DNA of 64,000 nucleotides from Schizochytrium sp. TIO01 (taxonomy: Eukaryota; Protista; Bigyra: Labyrinthulomycetes): NCBI GenBank assembly GCA_004764695.1, contig SMSO01000032.1:992001-1056000 (forward strand). Reading direction: 5' to 3'. The notes beneath the pieces are model-generated. The model saw nothing but the letters and a program-made list of their open reading frames with translations. It was not told where the DNA came from and did not search any database. Positions 54,458 to 64,000 of this stretch are shown in pieces. Positions within the stretch are counted from its first letter, which is position 1. Every line of letters starts with the position of its first letter. The translations under genes and the position numbers were made by a program.

Positions 54458-57377
54458 CCCTGTTGCCACCTATGGTTCGGAGGTACGTATGTATGCTGTG
54501 GAGCATTGCCCGATGGAAGAACATGATTTCCGAGTTGTATATTCCGGTCAGCAGAGGTCTTGTTATGTAGCAGGTTTCCAACCTGGTTCATCACATCGAA
54601 TTCGTGTTCTTGCAATGAATGACTTTGGCTGGTCAGATCCATCTTGCGAAACGATTTTTACTCTTGCAGCTCGCCCGCCACGCCCCCCTTTGGGTGGTGT
54701 CCATGCCAACCTAGAAAGTGGGGGGGTTTCACTCTCTTGGTGTGCTGCCTTTTGCGATGATGGCTCGTCACCTATTGAATACATCGTTTGGTGCAAATGC
54801 ATTCGCCCTTTAAGTGGCCTTTCTAAATGCGGGTCTTCAGTTTCAACAAAAAAATCAACGAGCCACAACTCTTGTTTAGAAAAGTTCCTTCTTTTCCCAT
54901 TTGCTACGAAAATAGAAGTTCCAGCACGGCCGCCGAAACCTCTGAAAAAGTGGAAGTCCGGAAACCTTGCCGAGGCAGTTATTCACAACTGTCTTCGAGT
55001 GGTCAAAATTGAAGCCATCGACACAAACATTGCGTCAGCACGAGTTCACGCGGTTATTGACTGTTCGTGTTCGAAGTCCCCGAGCCAACTAGTGCCTATG
55101 TGTGATCTCTATCCAAGACTTTGCGCTGGGCAGCTTTGCCAGGCTTTGGTGCCCTGTCGCAATGAGTCCACTGTGGATGAATGGTGCAAGGCAAGAGTTG
55201 AGTATGTTACAGAGTCTGGGTATTGGGTGAAGTTTCTCGACAACGCTGAAATTCTGGGCATACAGTTCCGTGAGCCTTCAGAGATTATTTGGGAATGTCA
55301 GGGCGATGCACTATTTACAGGCAAACAAGAGATTGCCATAGCGAGACAAGGGAAGGATATTAATTTGTGGACAGAAGTCTATCGTGGACCAAGCTTAAAC
55401 CACAACTTGGAGAACCTTATGTCTGGTTTTTCATACATCTTCCAAGTGGCAGCTGTACAAGGCGATTTGGTCAGTGAAAGAAGCGTTGAGTCTGACCATC
55501 TTTTGATGGGTAGCCCTCGGCCTCCTCGTCCGGACTCTCCATACCCTAAAATAACTACCTCAAATCTTGTAGAACTTGCACTGCCTCTGCATAGTGTTGA
55601 TTCCGAGAGTCTCGAACTCTGGGAAATTGCAATGTGCGATGCTATTGTCTCTCAAGGTAATTCTTGCAGATCCTCACAATGGACAAGCCACTACGCAAAT
55701 GGAGATGAAGATTCTCTTACAGTAACGTTACCAAAAAGCGGAACCACCTATGCATTTAAGCTTCGTATCTGGGCACATGGTCAGGCGAGTTCATGGTCGC
55801 CTCCTGTAGCAGTCCGTTCAGAATCTTCTGTACCGCAACAGCCTCAAGGTTTATTTGTTGAGATCCTTGAAGCATCATTCCTTAGACGCGCTGTGCGTGT
55901 GGCTTGGGAAAAGCCTATTTGGCATGGTGGAGAAAACATTGTTGGTTATCGTGTAGAAACCTCATTAACATATGGCTCATCATTTGCTGTCGAGGCCCCT
56001 CAGGCAGAAAATGTAAGCATTAAAAGTCAGGCCTCGCCTCGATCTGCCGCTTCTTCAGTACTGTCTTATCCTGGCAAACTCCGTCCTTCGAAGGCCAAGC
56101 TCTGTAAGCGATCAAAAAGACTTGCAAATTATAGTAGTGTGACCTCCTCTGCAAGTAGTGAATCAATCACCATCTCAGACTCTACTCAAACCGAGTTCGT
56201 AAGTGCTCATCCAGAACAAAAGTTGTTGGCAGCACATACACGTGAGTTTGTCGTGGAACCTGTTAAACCAGGGGCACGAGTCGCAGTGCGCGTGTTTGCA
56301 ATATCACGACTTGGAGAAAGCAGTCCTTCTTCTGTCGCGCGCATTCGTATGCCTGAAACTGAGCCAGGTCCATTGCCAGGCCAAGTCACCTTCCCTCAAG
56401 TCACCTCGACATCAGTCAAGATTGAATGGCAGGCTCCAGAGTATGACGGAGGAGCGTCTGTAGTTGGCTATGAAACTCAAATGGTACGCTTTGACGAGCT
56501 GGATTCATGTGCTATTGCTTCTCGTCTGGATGACGAAACGGATAGTCTAAGCTCAATTCAATTTCTTGCTTCGCAAGCTCCTCGCGCAATGTTGAAGAAG
56601 TTGCAACCTGCGACTAAGTATTCATTTCGCGTGCGCGCCGTCAACGCCAATGGGAGTGGCCGCTTCTCCAAATGGTTCATATTCTCCACCAAAAAAGCTC
56701 AAGTCACAGTTGACACACCCACAAACCTTATTGTTGAGAAGCAAGAACCTCTTACATTTAGCTGGGAACAACCTGAGAGTAGTGCCGTCGTTGAGTTTCG
56801 CCTTCAGATTGCGCAGGTTGAATCCAAGCGTGAAAAACGCCCTGCCTTCGAGGATATATATACTGGTGAGGCATGTACTTTTGTTTATCAGCATGCCAAA
56901 CCTGCTGCTCTCTATAAAGCCCGAGTTCAAGCTGTTATTCAAGGTGTTTGCAGTCCGTACAGCCGTATATGCAATTTGCGTACTCCAGATATTGTTTCTG
57001 TCCAACAGAATTCCCAATTGCATTCAGAAGTGCCGAACTATGTAACCCAGAAGCGCAGGGGCGGCGGTAAGATTGGGGTAGTGCCTAACGTAGGTGAGAA
57101 GAGTGCTGTTGGCGCCCGTGTAAAGGAGAATATCAACAGTTACTACTTTGGCTCTTCTATCGTAGAAAAGACAAAGGATGCAGTTCGTTCACGGGTTGAT
57201 TCCACGACAACCCTTGTGGCTCCAAAGGACGTTCTGAGAATGAAGAGGCTTTCCTGGTATCTTAGATACCCGCGTCTTGCATGTGCATGTATGGGTGCGG
57301 GATTTGCACTGTTCTTCTTTTTTGTTTACTTTGGTTATGAGGAGAAACGTCCGCTATTCCCTCGTCGATCATTATAA
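54351..57377 (+). CDS. FN3 repeat protein, 3' part, with a Tudor-like insert and C-terminal TM anchor (FNDC3-like topology)
   Basis: Open from 54351. FN3 motifs (LVTWDSP..YGSEVRMYAVE, WQAPEYDGGASVVGYE, LQPATKYSFRVRAVN); Tudor-like GQLCQAL..EWCKARV..YWVKFLD; TM LACACMGAGFALFFFFVYFG. Confidence 0.85.
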   Translation, partial: NLTLSKHHNHQRLFQEATPTTVWSSSAQGALVTWDSPVATYGSEVRMYAVEHCPMEEHDFRVVYSGQQRSCYVAGFQPGSSHRIRVLAMNDFGWSDPSCETIFTLAARPPRPPLGGVHANLESGGVSLSWCAAFCDDGSSPIEYIVWCKCIRPLSGLSKCGSSVSTKKSTSHNSCLEKFLLFPFATKIEVPARPPKPLKKWKSGNLAEAVIHNCLRVVKIEAIDTNIASARVHAVIDCSCSKSPSQLVPMCDLYPRLCAGQLCQALVPCRNESTVDEWCKARVEYVTESGYWVKFLDNAEILGIQFREPSEIIWECQGDALFTGKQEIAIARQGKDINLWTEVYRGPSLNHNLENLMSGFSYIFQVAAVQGDLVSERSVESDHLLMGSPRPPRPDSPYPKITTSNLVELALPLHSVDSESLELWEIAMCDAIVSQGNSCRSSQWTSHYANGDEDSLTVTLPKSGTTYAFKLRIWAHGQASSWSPPVAVRSESSVPQQPQGLFVEILEASFLRRAVRVAWEKPIWHGGENIVGYRVETSLTYGSSFAVEAPQAENVSIKSQASPRSAASSVLSYPGKLRPSKAKLCKRSKRLANYSSVTSSASSESITISDSTQTEFVSAHPEQKLLAAHTREFVVEPVKPGARVAVRVFAISRLGESSPSSVARIRMPETEPGPLPGQVTFPQVTSTSVKIEWQAPEYDGGASVVGYETQMVRFDELDSCAIASRLDDETDSLSSIQFLASQAPRAMLKKLQPATKYSFRVRAVNANGSGRFSKWFIFSTKKAQVTVDTPTNLIVEKQEPLTFSWEQPESSAVVEFRLQIAQVESKREKRPAFEDIYTGEACTFVYQHAKPAALYKARVQAVIQGVCSPYSRICNLRTPDIVSVQQNSQLHSEVPNYVTQKRRGGGKIGVVPNVGEKSAVGARVKENINSYYFGSSIVEKTKDAVRSRVDSTTTLVAPKDVLRMKRLSWYLRYPRLACACMGAGFALFFFFVYFGYEEKRPLFPRRSL

Positions 57378-57915
57378 TGGTCACGCTTTATTTGACCTCT
57401 CCATGTTCAGTGTGGTACACAGGTCTCCATTCTATTGCAGATACTATTTTACGAACGTAGCTTCTCTGTAGCGGACGGAGCCTCTCTTTGAATTCTGATT
57501 TCCCCTTCTATTTTTTCATGTTAAGGTAAAACTATAATTGTTGTACAAAGGAGTGAGCGGTGCAGCAAGAAGACAAACAAGAGTACTCCAATCATACTAT
57601 ATTTTTTATCCTTAACATGCTGGTTCATATGTATCTATGAAATACTAAATTCTAATTGCTAATTCTTTTCTTACAAAACCTAATCCAATCGAAAATTCGT
57701 TGTGACTTTTGTTGCAGATTTAAGTCTAAAAACCAAGGTATTAGCCGCAAACAAATAAGAAGTTGCCGTTCCTGTTGCCTTGTGCTGTGTTATCAAACAT
57801 CGGACCTGCCTTATTTTTGGTTATTTTAAAATTAAATATGAAGAATAAACTTTTTTTTCTATTTTTTTTTTTTCAAATGTGAGAAGGGCTAAGAAACAAA
57901 GGAAAGGGGGGATTT

Positions 57916-59640
57916 TTATGTCACACTAACGTTCAGGGATGTTGTTTTGGCATTCGAATTTGAAGATGGGGGGTTCGGTGGAAGAGAGCTTGATGTTAAA
58001 GGTGCTCTTGTTTCTCCATTTGTTGTAAAACCAGTTCCACCTGAGATTGACCTGATATTAGGAGCAGACGCAGGAGCTGAAGTTGGGGCACCGGTAGCAC
58101 GCAGATCAGCGTTCTCGTTTTCGTTATTACTATTGGTGTTATCCAGCGAGTCCTCGTCATCGTCGTCAATGATGGTGGCTTCACTCACTAAGCGTTGAGG
58201 GCGTTCATGAGAATCTACAAGAGCCGTCTCAGAAGACACAAGATCGAAACTCATGCTTACAAGACGTGGAGAAGGCGGAGCCGAGTCTTCCACGTTGGTG
58301 CTGTCATTATCTTGTCTCATGGGATCAAGTGAATATATACCCTGAATAGAAATGTTGTTTTCCGCAAACGATGTGGATGGTGAATCAGTTGCTAGAGAGG
58401 GCCTGACAACTGCACCACCACCACCACTACTTGTCGGATAGCGCACATCACTCAAATGGACTGGCAGAGAATGACTGTGGCGCAAACTTCTATCTGCGTT
58501 TGCTTGCCGACTGACCCGCAATTGCTGCGGTGCGGCAGATGCATTGGTTCGATCAGAGGGGGGTGCCTCGACGTCATAAAGGTTCTGGGATGGTGACATC
58601 GATTGGAGATCGTCATGCTCATCAGCGTGATTAGGTGTTGTGTCGTGGTCCATATCAGCAACTTTAGAGCTTGTTGAATGCCTAGTCAGAGCTGGCCCGA
58701 TACTTCCTCGTGCATCAAAGAGATTCCTTTTTGCCTCAATTGTGGTGGAATGCCCTTGCGATTTGCGCAAAAACTCATCCAAATCATGGAATGCACGAAG
58801 TTCTTCCATTACAAGCTTGCAGATCAGGAAGCAAGCAACCTGTAGAATAAGAAATGCAACGGTGAAGGCACTAAAAGACGTGTAGAAGAACATTGAGACG
58901 AAAAAGGCCAAAGTGAAGATAGAGAGTGCGACCCATGGGTTTAAGTATGTCGAGCTTGGCTTGAACGCGTAAAAAGTGCCATATCTCCATAGAAGAACAC
59001 CTAGATATGATGCAGAAAAAAGAAGAACCAGGGGCTGCAAGAAGTCCACAAAGATCTCAAGATTGCGCTGCCCGCCAGGCAAAAAGTACTCGTCATTCTC
59101 ATCATAGATGTACGGTGCAAAGACACCTCTTGAGCAAAGAGTAAGATTAAAGTCTAACATATCATCCGCGGTAATTTCCGCAACTTTAAGAGACTGGCTC
59201 ACGAGTGTTAGCACCAAAAGCGCAAAAATAAGACCCTGGACAACGGCCCGCACGATTGTTAGTCTGCCACGAGCCCGCCGCAAGCCATATTCCTCAAGCT
59301 TGATGCAGCAAAAATTAACCGCTCGATTTTTGTGCACCATGTAAGTAAGTTCAAAAAGTTGAAGAATATACAAGGGTACAATAAAGGCATCTACGACAAT
59401 AAGAGCCTGTGTATACTGGGCCTCATGCACAGTCATAGCCTCAGGGTCCACGACGATAACAAAAAGCACGTTGACAAGCATCAGTGAGGTGACAACTGGA
59501 GCAATCCAGAAGGCAAAGTACCAATGTCTGGCAGCAATAAAGAGCCCGATTAAGACAAAAACAATATAAATGGCGGTGTAAAAGGCCCCAACACCAACCG
59601 AGATGGCACGATCAGATCTGTAGCAGAGGTAGAACGACAT
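57916..59640 (-). CDS. Seven-transmembrane (GPCR-like) protein with long disordered Ser/Thr/Pro-rich C-tail
   Basis: First ATG at 59640. Seven hydrophobic segments in the first roughly 285 aa, then about 290 aa of low-complexity tail. Confidence 0.75.
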   Translation of the reverse strand: MSFYLCYRSDRAISVGVGAFYTAIYIVFVLIGLFIAARHWYFAFWIAPVVTSLMLVNVLFVIVVDPEAMTVHEAQYTQALIVVDAFIVPLYILQLFELTYMVHKNRAVNFCCIKLEEYGLRRARGRLTIVRAVVQGLIFALLVLTLVSQSLKVAEITADDMLDFNLTLCSRGVFAPYIYDENDEYFLPGGQRNLEIFVDFLQPLVLLFSASYLGVLLWRYGTFYAFKPSSTYLNPWVALSIFTLAFFVSMFFYTSFSAFTVAFLILQVACFLICKLVMEELRAFHDLDEFLRKSQGHSTTIEAKRNLFDARGSIGPALTRHSTSSKVADMDHDTTPNHADEHDDLQSMSPSQNLYDVEAPPSDRTNASAAPQQLRVSRQANADRSLRHSHSLPVHLSDVRYPTSSGGGGAVVRPSLATDSPSTSFAENNISIQGIYSLDPMRQDNDSTNVEDSAPPSPRLVSMSFDLVSSETALVDSHERPQRLVSEATIIDDDDEDSLDNTNSNNENENADLRATGAPTSAPASAPNIRSISGGTGFTTNGETRAPLTSSSLPPNPPSSNSNAKTTSLNVSVT

Positions 59641-61165
59641 TCTGTTCTCACAAATAAATGGACGGCTCAAAGTAATGAATTTTCCAATTCAGATAAAGCT
59701 ACAAGGTCAAAACGGCTGGTAACCCGGTGGTGACTTTTGTCTTTGTTTCTAGATAGACAATCCCAATTCTTCTTTTTGATAGCCTGTGCTGTAATTCTTA
59801 GTAAAGTCGCTTACGTTCGAGATAAATAACCAAAGCAGCTTGCTACGAATTCCCTGATTCCTGGGCGAACTGACAATCTGGTCTCCTCGCCAAAGTTCTT
59901 CTTTGTTTAGGCGTCGCGGTGCCCCCCCGGCTCCGCTAGCCTGAATGCCTGCAGACCAGATTTATTGCTCGGATGACACCCAAAGCACAAAGACGTCAAG
60001 AACGTCAAACTGGTGGCAAAACCGTCGTCAGAACTTTAACTTCAGCAGCAAAAATCGAAGCAGATCAAGTGCTGTTGGTGAACAGAAATAACCTCACAAG
60101 AAAATGACGCACGAGAGTCAACTCGGAGTCCTTTGCTCAAGTGAAACGAATAATTAATAATAAGCACAGAATTGCGCTCAGGAGAAATAACGAACAAGGT
60201 TGACCAACACGCGAAGGATAAGAGCGCAGAATGAAAGGCAGTCAAGTACTAGGTACTGAGACAGAGTGCAGGGGTTATGACAGCAGTAACGGTAGCAGGG
60301 ATAACCACGAAGGCAAACAGCGAAGAATCCACAGGCGGAGGGTGGGTAGCAGGAATCCGACGACCTTGGTGCGTAGGAGCGTTAAGCCACCAAGAGAGTG
60401 GAACCGCGGCAGAGCGGAGTAAAAGAAAGTCCCCCGCGTGGCCAGGGTTAAGCCAGAGGGTCGGCGCTGCTGCAGAGCCGCCGGCGGCCGCCGGGCTGAG
60501 AGTTCTGCCTGCGCCGGACAAGGAGGCCGAGCGCAAAGACAGCAAAAAGAGAGAAAGAGAAACTTAAATTATTCACCTCAAATGTAATGAATTCATTGCG
60601 TCTTTATTCACTCCTTTTCTCTCTATTTACAATGGTACAACTTTGAAACGAAAAGGAAAGAAGAGAAAAGAAAAAGGATTGTTGTTCAAAGAACTTCGAA
60701 AGAAAGGAAACAAATAAAACATTTTCCTTACTTCTACTAGTTTCTGATAGCACAACCATAGACATTTGTTCCTTTTGGTAGATGGCCGTAAGGGTAACAG
60801 AAGTTCCTATTATTTGCATTCATCTCAGATCATTGTATCAAAAGAATTAAAAACAGACTGAGTAGGGTTAAAAAAAAAAAAAAAAAAAAACTTAACATGA
60901 GTAAATAAATAGATAAATCGCCCGAAAACCCAAACAAGAGAGACCTCAAGTCTCAAGTTCGCTTCCTTCGCGAATCATCAGTCAGGGAATCGAATCGTGG
61001 CCGAGACGAGGAACCCGCTCGACTTAGTCTTCGCTCCTTCGCTTCCCCGATGGCTTGCTTCAATGTACCTATCTATCCATCTATCATCTTCAACGGCGAT
61101 AGAGCGAGGACTTGCGAAGGGCCTCAATTGGTAGACAGACTTAATAGCTCTAACTACGCATTGAG

Positions 61166-61207
61166 TGAATGAATGAATGAATGAATGAATGAATGAATGA
61201 ATGAATG
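61166..61207. repeat. (TGAA)n microsatellite
   Basis: Direct reading of the sequence. Confidence 0.95.
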
Positions 61208-61715
61208 CAGCATCAACTTGAGCCAACAAGGTCGTCCATCATGAGACGAGACATGAAACAGTTCGGACCCTTCCTCGAACCCAGAGACAACCAACCTCAT
61301 CAAGCGTGCGGAATTCCACCGCAGAGTTCTTCAGACCTGGCTGTCATAGAGTGAGTCGTCTGTCGTCTGTCGTCTGTACTTACTGTAGTGGGCAAATGAA
61401 TCAATTGCAGGGGTCGGGAATACATACCTACCTACCTGCCTACAGCTGCAGGTACCTATCTGCCTAAGCCTTCCCTGCTTACTCGCCTGCTCACTTCCTT
61501 GTTGCCTACTGAGCCACTTGCTTAGTTTTATATATGCATGCCGCCCAAAGACTCAATGCCGACACCGACATCGAACTATAACTCACCAACTGAAAGAGAC
61601 AGCGAGAGAAGGTACCTTTGTACCTACCGTAGGAAACGATGCAAAGGCAAATCGAATGCATCATGGACATACATATATATATATACGTTCATACATACAG
61701 ACAGACATCCCTAGA

Positions 61716-61754
61716 CAGTCAGTCAGTCAGTCAGTCAGTGAGTCAGTCAGTCAG
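61716..61754. repeat. (CAGT)n microsatellite
   Basis: Direct reading of the sequence. Confidence 0.9.
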
Positions 61755-63035
61755 CTTCAGGCTGTGCCAATGAGGTGAAAGAACCCGAAGTCAGTCTCAC
61801 GTAACGCATACCTAATTCACTCATTCGTTCGCTCATTCGTTCATTGGCTCACTCGCTTGCTTGCAAGTTGCTTGCAAGTTGCTTGCAAGGTCGATCTCCT
61901 CTTTCCTGCGCTACAAGGTCTGTTTGGCGGTCAGTCTCCTGTGATAGGAGATCCTGAGAATCATCTATTTTGTGCAACAAAAGAAAGAAGAAAGCTTCTT
62001 TTTTGGCCTTGACAATGGAATGATTGAATTTGCTACTCTAGCTACAGCTAACTAGGAACCTATGAGAAGCCTGAATGAATGAGAAAATGAGTGAATTTTG
62101 CGATGCCCTGGTCTGCGTTGCTTCTACTCCTAGAGGATTGTATCCCGCTTTATGTTTCGATTGGGGACAAACGCGAACAATGCCGAAACGAGAGGAGCAC
62201 GTCCGAGTCTGGTCTATGGGCTTGGCTCTGCAGCTGCGGTGCCAGGTTTGCAGGGTGGCAGCCCAGGTGGTCGGCCATCTTAAGCTGTGATGGAGTTCTT
62301 GCTGAGCTCTCAGAAGTTTGAAGGAAAGAACGTCAAAAGAGACTCGGGATAACAAAGATTCATGCCAGCAGTGCGAAAGCACATCTCCAACTTTTTGCCA
62401 GGCTCTAGGTCAAGTTATGAACAAGAAAACTCCTGTTTGGCTCAATGCAGCGCCAGGAAAAGGTGAGATCGCAACGGCACCATCATGACAAAATCGAAGA
62501 TATTTGCCTCACAATACATCAAATTTGGATCTATACTTCAATGCACTACTCAAAACCATGTTTAGGGAACGCGTGCACGCTTGCTTTGTATCTGCGTAGC
62601 TAACTAAAACAATTGTGGAATATGTGGCATCCAGCACAAAACCCCTCTGTTGTTCTGCAACCAACTACAATAGCATCGCCATGTGGCTGTGCAAACTCGA
62701 GGTTGGGTATTAAATGATACTATTCCTGTGAGAGTCGTGATGAAAAATGTAGAACATACTACCAATGACTTGAACTTGATGCTAATTATTCCCTCGCGGG
62801 AGTTGCATTGTCAAGCAACAGAGGTCTACATAAATATCATAGTTAGGCAAGATGCATGACTGGATTCCCTGGATTGGTTCTCATCAAGTTTGATACTCTC
62901 ATGCGGCCTTCGCAATATTCACCATCCTGGATCTATGATTGATTTAAAGCGTTTTGCTTCGCCGAATTCAAGGTTCGGCTGCTCTCTCTTCAAGCATTCG
63001 AGCCTTTTGCTTTGCTACATTTCACCCTAATTAAT

Positions 63036-63063
63036 TGAGGGCTGAGGGCTGAGGGCTGAGGGC
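63036..63063. repeat. (TGAGGGC)4 heptamer repeat
   Basis: Direct reading of the sequence. Confidence 0.9.
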
Positions 63064-64000
63064 AAGTTTCAATCTGTTTACATTTCAACAGTGCCGAAGT
63101 TCTGTTAGAAGCTTTCGATCAGACCGACGCGGATTTGGAGAGCCTGTGAAGAGCCACTTCAACATAGTGAACAGCTCCGTGGTCTCAAGGGAACAGAAAA
63201 GGAAAGAACATACTACTTGAATATCATAAAACTTCATACATAGGTACAAGCCTATATAGAGGCCTATATTCTCCTATTATTATTTTATTTTTTAATCAAA
63301 TACTAAGTAAGAAAAGATGGAGTAATAATGATGAGCTCAATAGGGGACGGAGGGGTCTTATAGTTTCAATTATTTGGTCCTTTCTCAATGAGCATCAATC
63401 AAAGTTGAACTTTTTTTCTTTTCTTTTTTGAAGAAAGAAATGACCAGCGAGAGGCGTCGAAAACAACACCAGGAAACAGGCTTCTACAACCGCCAAGGCG
63501 CTGACTTAAGGCTCCAAATTCTGCCTCTCACGAATAGGATTCACCGCCGTGGCATATTTCGTATTCCAAAACGCGCCGCATTATTTTTGATGACCGTGTC
63601 GTTAAGGAATAACTAATGCACGTAGAGAGGCCAAGACGAAATAACTCTCAAACGAGCACGAGCTCCCAGATTGAAGCAAGCAGGTTGTTGTAAGCCATAG
63701 ATAAACCATCTCGAGGTGGTCCCTGTACTCCAGCTCATCCTTTCACAGCAATAATCAGCTCTTACTCCCTCCTGTCCCAAAACTTGAGCTAAAGTAAATG
63801 GCCAATCAAACAAATACACATCGCCTGCTTCCCGCTCCCGGGGGGGCTGTCATTCTAGCCAATGGGCTACTTTGCACGTATCGGCATTTCAATACCTAAT
63901 TCAAATACCCGATGATGGTCTGCCCCTGTTAATGTTGGTCTTTTGTAGTTTACCCGCTCCTGTCGGCTCCTCTTCAAACCCTCGAGTTGTATGAACAACC

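Noticed and set aside
62038-63010. Coding-like composition with fragmented ORFs
   Set aside because: Multiple stops in all frames examined and no identifiable homology.
63036-63063. (TGAGGGC)4 as an interstitial telomere
   Set aside because: It does not match TTAGGG-type repeats and has only four units; kept as a simple repeat, possibly G4-forming.

Overview
Eukaryotic nuclear DNA, most likely a thraustochytrid/labyrinthulomycete-type stramenopile. This is inferred from the near-absence of introns, the microsatellite-rich intergenic DNA and the gene content. About 12.4 kb of gene-free, microsatellite-rich DNA precedes a stand-alone NAD(P)H-type glutamate synthase alpha subunit with a mitochondrial-type presequence. 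A compact gene block follows: a HEAT-repeat protein, NDUFS6, a probably domesticated and catalytically degenerate transposase-like protein, an Eaf6-like protein, a CRAL-TRIO protein with an adjoining reticulon-like ORF, a PXA-RUN-PX-PXC sorting nexin, a SUN-domain protein, a PKDCC/POMK-like secretory kinase, a histidine phosphatase, a multi-FN3/Tudor tail-anchored protein and a 7TM protein. The most striking observation is that three of the roughly 12 genes are each split into two overlapping ORFs, always joined by a +1 frame change. Two junctions share the 12-mer GAR-TTA-RGC-AGK, and all three contain an in-frame RRC-AG(G/T). The explanation could be programmed +1 frameshifting, unusually short introns or assembly indels; RNA reads and proteomics would be needed to decide. 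Family assignments come from motif recognition by eye, not from database searches.
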